This document shows positions 55,863 through 62,316 of a stretch of DNA of 62,316 nucleotides, in pieces. The stretch comes from a virus (taxonomy: Duplodnaviria > Caudoviricetes). Positions within the stretch are counted from its first letter, which is position 1. The number at the start of each line of letters is the position of its first letter. The stretch covers positions 1-62,316 of IMG/VR virus record IMGVR_UViG_3300025585_000044. One strand, 5' to 3'. Both the position numbers and the translations under genes were made by a program. The notes beneath the pieces were generated by a model. The model searched no databases, was not told the origin of the DNA, and saw nothing but the letters and a program-made list of their open reading frames with translations.

Positions 55863-56717
55863 TCAGAACGTGATGCTGCCAGAGCCGACAGTCGTCCATG
55901 TGTATATGCGGAAGCCGCCAGAAACAGTTATAGTCGGCGAGCCGGTTGTGGCTGTAGCAGCGGCATAGGTGTCGGCGTAACGAATAATTACAATGCCTGA
56001 GCCGCCTGCAGCCCCGCCCGTGCCGCCAAATATGCCGCCGCCGCCGCCGCCGCCGCCAGTATTTGAAGAACCTGCGGTTCCGCCAGTAGATGCACCGTTG
56101 CCGCCGCCGCCGGTGCCGCCGGTGCCGCCGGTGACGCCGGTGCCGCCGCCGCCGCCTGCATAAGTAACAGACGCCCCACTAATGCTTGAAGTTGTGCCGC
56201 TTCCGCCATTCCCGCCGTTTCCGGATGTTTGATCACCGCTGGACCCAGCCGCATTTGCGCCGCCCCCTCCTCCTCCTGGATAAGAGCCAGGGGTTCCCGT
56301 AATGCCGCCGCCAGAATTTCCTTGTCCAGCAGTCCCCCCGCCGCCTGCTCCACTTCCGCCCGAATAAGACCCGGCCCCGCCACCGGAACCTCCGCTGTTT
56401 CCGTCAGTTCCAGCAGCAGCGGATCCGCCACCACCACCGCCACCGCCGGTTGATGTAATCGTGTCAAAAACTGAATTGCCACCTGCTCCACCTTTGCTAG
56501 AATATGGATTTGAGGCGCCAGTTCCTCCCCCTCCAACAGTAACCGAATAAGAAACTCCGGCTGTCACTGAATAGCCGCTTGCTGTTCGGAGGCCCCCCGC
56601 GCCCCCGCCTCCCCAAGACCCGCCGCCGCCGCCGGCAACAACCAGATATTCAATTGACGGAGGTGAGTTGCTCGCCGCCTTTGCCGCGCCAACAAGCATA
56701 TGCATGATGCCAGACAT
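55863..56717 (-). CDS. Glycine-rich tail fibre protein
   Basis: EYLVVAGGGGG...GGSGIVIIRY; start MSGIM at 56717. Confidence 0.8.
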   Translation of the reverse strand: MSGIMHMLVGAAKAASNSPPSIEYLVVAGGGGGSWGGGGAGGLRTASGYSVTAGVSYSVTVGGGGTGASNPYSSKGGAGGNSVFDTITSTGGGGGGGGSAAAGTDGNSGGSGGGAGSYSGGSGAGGGGTAGQGNSGGGITGTPGSYPGGGGGGANAAGSSGDQTSGNGGNGGSGTTSSISGASVTYAGGGGGTGVTGGTGGTGGGGNGASTGGTAGSSNTGGGGGGGGIFGGTGGAAGGSGIVIIRYADTYAAATATTGSPTITVSGGFRIYTWTTVGSGSITF

Positions 56718-59380
56718 CAGGTCACATTTCCTGTAACAACAAAGGTCGGGGTCGCGCCGCCTACGTCGCAAAGCAGCGTCGCCACGCCATATTGAGCCAA
56801 TGTTCTATTGCCCGTAGTAGCAGAACCAGCAAGTCGTAACGTCACACTTGCTCCTGCTGTTATCGTCTGGGCGGCGTTCGAATTGTTATAAATTGTAACA
56901 ACGTCGCCTGCGCTAAACACCGAAGCATTTACAGTTACTCCGCCAGTGGTGATGCTGATGTATTTTCCGTTGTCTCCCGCAACCAGGACATACGCAGACG
57001 TCTGACTGTTCTGCGGGATGTTCCTGAACCCGACCGTCATTGTTTCGGCGGGGAACGTCACGGTGTAATTACTCGCCCCGGCGTTCGCGGAGGCAAAAGA
57101 TGTGTAGCCGGTAGACGAGCCGGCCAGTCTCGGCGTCGTCAACGTCGGGCTTGTCGCAAATACCAACGAGCCGGAACCCGTCTCATCCGTCATCGCCGCC
57201 GCAAGGTTGGCGCTTGATGGCGTCCCAAGCCATGTTGCTACGCCGGTTCCAAAGCTTGTAATGCCCGTTCCGCCGGCGGCGACAGGTAACGTCCCGGCCG
57301 TCAGCGCCGAAGCTGAAGTCGAATAAATGGCGTTGTTTGCAGCCGTAAAGCCCGTCAGGTTCGTGCCGCCGTTGGCCGTCGGCAAAGTCCCTGTCACGCC
57401 GGTTGTCAGTGGCAATCCTGTATTGGAAGCAAGGCTTCCGGTCGTTGTCTGTAACGTCCCGCTTGTTGGAAGCGTAAGGGCCGTCGTATTTGTGGCTGTC
57501 AGGGTTACCGAAAAGGCTCCGACTGTGGCGAGTGTGGAGCCATCTCCCAAGGTAAGCGTAGCATTTGTTGCCGGGGCGGTAATGGCAACCTTGTTTATGC
57601 TGGTTGCGGAGGCGACGCCAATCGTCGGCGTCGTCAGGGTTGGACTGGTGGCGAGAACAACGCTGCCGGACCCCGTAGAAGCATTTCCCAGCGCCGTAAC
57701 GGTTCCGCTTGTCGGAAGTGTAAGCGCCGTTGCTCCTGTCGATGTAAAAGTAATGGAGTTTGCGCCGCTTGTGGCAAGCGTAGACCCATCCGCCAAAGTT
57801 AACGTGGCGCCCGTGGCCGGAGCCGTAATCGTAACCTTGTTGACGCTGGTAGCTGCTGCGACACCCAGCGTTGGCGTTGTTAGCGTCGGGCTTGTTGCAA
57901 GAACAATGCTACCAGAGCCGGTCGACGTATTGCCAAGAACCGTGACCGTTCCGCCTGTCGCGGGAAATGTAAATGTTTGGCTGTCTGCAGCAGCCGCCAG
58001 CGTCATTGTGTTGCTGAGCGTAAGGGTTTTACTCGCGGCCGGCGCAAATGTTGCGTAGGTAATAAATCCGCCACTGGCATTAACGGCATTTGCCGCAGCC
58101 GTTGCGACGCCGGTTCCGGCCACAACTGTAGCAAGCGCCCCAAAAGACGAGCCGCTTGTTTTTGTAACAGTAATGACGCCCGTTGATGCAACAATTGTTG
58201 CGTCCCCAGACATTGTAAAGCCGCCAAATGCTCCGGCATTATTGTATTGAAGCTCACCATTTGAGCCGCCCGGTGATCCAGACCCGCCTCCGCCAGATTG
58301 CGCAACCCAGCTTAATGTTCCGGAGCCATTGGTCTGAAGAACATAACCGTTGGTTCCGTCGCTATTAGGAAACGTCAGTGTTTTGTTAAAAGTAATTGTT
58401 GTCCCATCAGCAACTGTTAACGTGGCGCTCGTTGCCGGGGCTGTAATTGTAACCTTATTTATGCTTGTAGCCGTGGCGACGCCAAGCGTTGGCGTCACCA
58501 GCGTCGGGCTTGTCGCAAGGACAATGCTGCCAGAGCCGGTTGATGCGCTTCCAAGAGCCGTAACCGTTCCACTTGTCGGAAACGTCAGATTTGTGGCCCC
58601 GGTAAACGTAAATGCCGTTGTGAATGCGCCAATTGTTTGAAACGTGCTATTTGATGCAAGGGAAAGTGTAGAAGTAAGAGCCGGCTGCGTAATCGCGACA
58701 TTGTTAACCGTCAATGCTGTTGCCGCGCCCAACGCTGGCGTTGTCAGACTTGGTGAAGTCGAAAGGACAATGTCCCCAGAGCCGGTTACGGTGTTCCCGA
58801 GGGCCGTGACAGTCCCGGTTGACGGAAGCGTAAGATTTGTGGTTCCGGTAGCCGTTAAGGTGACGGCAAAAGCCCCAAGGGTCGTAAAGGAATGCGCCGT
58901 GCTAAAGGATCCGCCGGTTGAGAAATTGCCGCCCGTCGAGAATGTGCCCGACGTGCTGAAGGCGCCGCCTGTAGAAAAAGTAGAGCCGCTTGATAGCGAA
59001 AGCGTAGCAGTCGAAGCCGGAGATGTTATTGAAACATTGTTGAAAGTCGTGCTGGCCGTGTTGCCCACAACTTGCAGTCGCGAAGACGGCGAGGCCGTTC
59101 CAATACCAAGTCGGCTATTGGCGTTGTCCCAAAATAAATTTGCATTGTTTTGGTTGTAGATCCCGGAGGCTCCGGCAAAAACAATTGAGCCTGAGGTAAA
59201 TATAACTCCCGTCCCCGTTCCACCAAGAGATGGCTGAATGACGCCAGAGGCGGCATTGGCGAGACTTGCTATCTGGGCGGCTGTGACGCGAACGCTTGAT
59301 CCGGATTGAACAGCCTCAAGCTGCTCCTGGCCAGTAAGCGCAATGGCCGCGGGAAGGTTGGGTATCTGAACGACACTCAT
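56717..59380 (-). CDS. Long tail fibre with internal repeats
   Basis: 887 aa; repeated TGSG.(I/V)VLATSPTL.TP.LG, GGTG and GYVLQTNGSGTLSW. Confidence 0.8.
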   Translation of the reverse strand: MSVVQIPNLPAAIALTGQEQLEAVQSGSSVRVTAAQIASLANAASGVIQPSLGGTGTGVIFTSGSIVFAGASGIYNQNNANLFWDNANSRLGIGTASPSSRLQVVGNTASTTFNNVSITSPASTATLSLSSGSTFSTGGAFSTSGTFSTGGNFSTGGSFSTAHSFTTLGAFAVTLTATGTTNLTLPSTGTVTALGNTVTGSGDIVLSTSPSLTTPALGAATALTVNNVAITQPALTSTLSLASNSTFQTIGAFTTAFTFTGATNLTFPTSGTVTALGSASTGSGSIVLATSPTLVTPTLGVATATSINKVTITAPATSATLTVADGTTITFNKTLTFPNSDGTNGYVLQTNGSGTLSWVAQSGGGGSGSPGGSNGELQYNNAGAFGGFTMSGDATIVASTGVITVTKTSGSSFGALATVVAGTGVATAAANAVNASGGFITYATFAPAASKTLTLSNTMTLAAAADSQTFTFPATGGTVTVLGNTSTGSGSIVLATSPTLTTPTLGVAAATSVNKVTITAPATGATLTLADGSTLATSGANSITFTSTGATALTLPTSGTVTALGNASTGSGSVVLATSPTLTTPTIGVASATSINKVAITAPATNATLTLGDGSTLATVGAFSVTLTATNTTALTLPTSGTLQTTTGSLASNTGLPLTTGVTGTLPTANGGTNLTGFTAANNAIYSTSASALTAGTLPVAAGGTGITSFGTGVATWLGTPSSANLAAAMTDETGSGSLVFATSPTLTTPRLAGSSTGYTSFASANAGASNYTVTFPAETMTVGFRNIPQNSQTSAYVLVAGDNGKYISITTGGVTVNASVFSAGDVVTIYNNSNAAQTITAGASVTLRLAGSATTGNRTLAQYGVATLLCDVGGATPTFVVTGNVT

Positions 59381-59868
59381 GTCAGCGGTCCTGTCTTTGG
59401 AACAGTCGTGTTATCATACGGTAATCCGGGATTATTGTTGCCCGGCGCGTTCGGGTCGGTGCCCGGCTCGGTATTCTCGCCGCCCGGCGGCTCGCCGGTC
59501 TGCTGCGTGACGCGGGTTTCTGAGCCTTGCGTGACGCGCGTGTCGCCGCCAATGACAGGGATGCCGGTTTTCGGGTCGACTGTATTGCCCTGCGTTGTGC
59601 GGGTATTTTGCTCGGCCGTGACGTAATCCTGCGTGCGCGGGTTCTGAATGGGCGTAGGATCCGGAGGCACTACAATGGCGCGAAGCTGGCTCTGCGGAAC
59701 GTCATTGCATGTGTCGCAGACAAGAATGCGCTTGTTAATCAGCGACGCGCCAGCCCAATCATACTGCCAGGATAAATTAACGTGATTGTATAAAAAACCA
59801 CAGCGGTCGCAAATTGCAAACGCGCGAGGATTTCTGGTGCTGACGCGTGCGCGGCCGTGGGGTCTCAT
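59377..59868 (-). CDS. Conserved CxxC-CxxC protein of the tail module
   Basis: AICDRCGF...LVCDTC.D.PQ.QL...DP.P..NPR. Confidence 0.65.
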   Translation of the reverse strand: MRPHGRARVSTRNPRAFAICDRCGFLYNHVNLSWQYDWAGASLINKRILVCDTCNDVPQSQLRAIVVPPDPTPIQNPRTQDYVTAEQNTRTTQGNTVDPKTGIPVIGGDTRVTQGSETRVTQQTGEPPGGENTEPGTDPNAPGNNNPGLPYDNTTVPKTGPLT

Positions 59869-60545
59869 CGGAAGTAACCCGAAATCTGCGGCGAAATATA
59901 CTGATTTGCCGTTTCCACGTTTTGCGCGGCCGCGATCTGGTAGGCCTCATCCGCCATTGGCTTCAGGGCGACAACCTTGTCCGGGGACCATATTATAGCG
60001 AGGCGCTGCGCAAGGCCGTAAGCAAAGGCCTCCAGCCAGATCGGTGGCACGTCGACCTCTTGCGTACCATTCATGTTGGCGTCTTGAATGCGGCTAACTT
60101 TGTAATACTTCAGGCTTGTCTGCGTGCCGTCTGGCACGGGCCACAGCGTAACTGTCGGAGACAGCTGGCGGTCGAACCAAAAGGTCGTCGGGAACCCGGA
60201 CTGGGCCTTGTTCGGGTAGGAGGCGTATTCTGTCCTGCTAATTGGCAGGATAATGCGGTCAATCGCCGGCGTCCCGTATTCAATATAAGCGTCCAACATG
60301 ACGACCGTATTGGAATTAACACTATAGGACGCAGTGCCGGCAACGAGCGGCACCGTAACGAGCTCAACCTGCCAAAGGTTAACCCCGCGGTTGCTCCAGT
60401 TCGCCAGCATCATGTTGGTCGCCGTGCGGGCGACATCCATATGCTCCTGGAGCAATGCGGTGGGCCGAACGCCTATCAGCTGATAAGCGTAAAGGGTTAG
60501 CTCACCAAGCGACGGATTATAGTTGTATGTGCCGCTGGTGCTCAT
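59865..60545 (-). CDS. Second head-tail adaptor-like protein
   Basis: W.NRG.NLW, ISR.EY...PNK...G.P, LWPVP, GLA..LA. Confidence 0.7.
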   Translation of the reverse strand: MSTSGTYNYNPSLGELTLYAYQLIGVRPTALLQEHMDVARTATNMMLANWSNRGVNLWQVELVTVPLVAGTASYSVNSNTVVMLDAYIEYGTPAIDRIILPISRTEYASYPNKAQSGFPTTFWFDRQLSPTVTLWPVPDGTQTSLKYYKVSRIQDANMNGTQEVDVPPIWLEAFAYGLAQRLAIIWSPDKVVALKPMADEAYQIAAAQNVETANQYISPQISGYFR

Positions 60546-60602
60546 TTGATGTCCTCAGATCGACGCCGCAGGCATTATAGCCCACGGCGCCGTGATTGTC
60601 AT

Positions 60603-61088
60603 TTACTGGACCGCTCCCGGCTCAACCGGGATCGGTGGGATCGCATCCTGCGCGTCTTTTGCAGCGGTCGCCTTTTCCTGATTGATCGTGTTGGCGAGGA
60701 TGCCCTGCAACAGCCCGTTCGCCACGGCGTCGAACACCTCCTGCCCTGTGGGCGGGCGAACAGAAGCCGGGACGCCCGGAACCTCTGGAACAGCCGGGAC
60801 GTAAGGCTGATACGGCACCGCAGGCACCTCCGGCGAGCCGGGGTCAATCATGTTGCCCTGATCGTCGTAGGTCGGCGGAACAGCGGGGATAGCATCCTGC
60901 GCCTGAACCTCGGGGATTTCCGGCGTGCCCGGAATGCCCGGAACCTCGGGAACTGGAACGCCATTCGGGAAGTAAAGCTGCGCATATGCGACCGAGATGC
61001 GGTCGATGTCAGCGTCCGCAATCAGGACGCGGCTCTCAAGCGGAGCCGGGTCCACGTCTCGTTTGGATGCGATAGCAAAATAGCCCAT
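60603..61088 (-). CDS. Pro-rich hypothetical protein
   Basis: 161 aa with (V/I)P(E/A/G) repeats; coupled to the upstream ORF. Confidence 0.6.
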   Translation of the reverse strand: MGYFAIASKRDVDPAPLESRVLIADADIDRISVAYAQLYFPNGVPVPEVPGIPGTPEIPEVQAQDAIPAVPPTYDDQGNMIDPGSPEVPAVPYQPYVPAVPEVPGVPASVRPPTGQEVFDAVANGLLQGILANTINQEKATAAKDAQDAIPPIPVEPGAVQ

Positions 61089-61270
61089 TATGCGTGTCCT
61101 TCACGGTTTTCGACTGTCACCGGCTCGTTCGCCTTGGCGACGGCCGCCTCCAGTTTCTCCAAAATCGCCAGCGCGGGCTTCGCGCCCTGCAAGCCAGATG
61201 CTTTCACCGCCACGTCGAGAAGCTGACCCAGCGTGTTAAGCTCATCCTGCGTAAAGTTGACCGATACCAT
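61088..61270 (-). CDS. Small hypothetical protein
   Basis: LLDVAVKASGL motif; RBS GGAG. Confidence 0.6.
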   Translation of the reverse strand: MVSVNFTQDELNTLGQLLDVAVKASGLQGAKPALAILEKLEAAVAKANEPVTVENREGHA

Positions 61271-61343
61271 TTTCTCTCTCCAAAGGTGCTTACCGGGTTG
61301 GAGACTGCGCAGGCCCGGTAAGCGTCCTCCTGCGCAGTATTCG

Positions 61344-61730
61344 TCAGGCGATCATGCCGATCTGCCCAACCCAATCAGGCGCAACCGTCACGCCGTCATC
61401 CGTCCAGCCGCCCAATTCGGCGCTATAGACATACTGCGTGATGGACGGGTCGAAGGGCGGCACGCCGCTGGTGTCGCCGTTGAGCCGGAGCCTGCCCCAG
61501 TAGCCCTCACGCGGAACCGGCGGGGGAACCGGGTCGTCCGGGTTCGGCGGCGGCGTCACCGGCTCGTAGACCGTGCCGACGATGTTGAGAAACCAGCCGC
61601 CGGTTCCGCCCAGCGAGCCGTTCGTGACGATGGTGACGTTGCCCTCGGCGTCTGTCTGTGTGAAGCCCAGCTGCTCGGCGTCGGCGAGCAGCGTGGCGTA
61701 GTCGTGCGAGTTGAAGATGATGTCGGTCAT
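61344..61730 (-). CDS. Putative tail-fibre accessory/chaperone protein (its 5' end is also at 1-84)
   Basis: Start MTDIIFNSH overlaps the fibre stop; ..IGT.Y...G(Y)W..LR motif. Confidence 0.65.
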   Translation of the reverse strand: MTDIIFNSHDYATLLADAEQLGFTQTDAEGNVTIVTNGSLGGTGGWFLNIVGTVYEPVTPPPNPDDPVPPPVPREGYWGRLRLNGDTSGVPPFDPSITQYVYSAELGGWTDDGVTVAPDWVGQIGMIA

Positions 61731-62316
61731 TAGTAGGTGCTTCCTACGATTGATTTTGATTTGAGTGTCGTGTCGGATAGGCGCTGATTGTAAAGGGCTA
61801 TTGAGCCAACCCAACCATCAAAGGTCGTCGTGGTGCCGTAACCGCCTAGCGTGACCGTCGCGCCCGTGCTGAGATTTACGGCATCCGATACAAGCGTGCC
61901 GTTGTTGGCGACTATGGAACGTCCGGCTGCACTCCATCCGATAGCGGACCTGACCGCGCCGCCCGTAAACGTGCCCGAACCGCCAATCGTTGCGTTAATT
62001 CCCGTAGTTCCATCAGTTGAGGACACTACGGTATTACTGCTGTTGGAATACAGCAGGCGGCGGGTCGTGGCAGATGACAGCAAGTCTCTTGCGGCCGCAG
62101 TAGCATTTTGCCAGAGAGATGTCTGAACAATAGCTGTTCCAGTATTTGCGCCAGCCGTCGTCAGCGCAGCCCCGCTCAGCTTCACAACATCCGCGACGCG
62201 CGTGACGCTGGCAGTTGTCGTGGGGATGTAGCTGGTGGGGAAGGAGCCTGCTTCGAGTTGTGCGCCGAAGAGAGAAATGGTCTCCGTCCCGGCAGCATTG
62301 AAAGTTACTTCCCCCG
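61730..62316 (-). CDS. Partial tail fibre, alternative C-terminal tip (variant B)
   Basis: Open to the contig end; identical to the fibre at 586-685, then divergent, then converges on LKSKSIVGSTY. Confidence 0.8.
   Translation of the reverse strand, partial: GEVTFNAAGTETISLFGAQLEAGSFPTSYIPTTTASVTRVADVVKLSGAALTTAGANTGTAIVQTSLWQNATAAARDLLSSATTRRLLYSNSSNTVVSSTDGTTGINATIGGSGTFTGGAVRSAIGWSAAGRSIVANNGTLVSDAVNLSTGATVTLGGYGTTTTFDGWVGSIALYNQRLSDTTLKSKSIVGSTY

Noticed and set aside
55988-56536. Ala-rich alternative-frame ORF and (gcc)n runs
   Set aside because: By-product of poly-Gly codons in the glycine-rich tail gene.
1-62316. tRNA, rRNA, integrase, transposase or DNA polymerase genes
   Set aside because: None recognised by eye; a tRNAscan/HMM run would be needed to exclude them firmly.

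Overview
The window looks like an essentially complete ~61.6 kb podovirus-like tailed phage genome. The host is probably alphaproteobacterial, inferred from GapR/DUF2312 and GcrA homologues. Minus-strand virion genes occupy 1-22.4 kb and 42.5-62.3 kb: terminases, portal, scaffold, capsid, GroES, ejection/polyvalent proteins, tail nozzle, fibres and lysis. Early and replication genes lie between: SF1 helicase, beta-clamp-like, C5 methyltransferase, primase-helicase, RuvC-like, PD-(D/E)XK nuclease, SSB-like. I recognised no integrase or DNA polymerase. The standout is 37.0-39.3 kb: a lone Cas7/RAMP-like gene and a winged-helix gene sit beside a non-CRISPR array. The array has conserved 20-nt repeats separating tracts of strictly phased 5-mers (CGC+NN on the transcribed strand), a candidate RNA-guided system with a gapped dinucleotide code. 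Also notable: two alternative tail-fibre tips at the contig ends, a methyltransferase split over two overlapping frames, a recurring x-x-x-G-G peptide tag in internal proteins, two candidate anti-SD sRNAs and an Acb2/Tad1-like protein. All protein calls come from motif recognition by eye; no searches were run.
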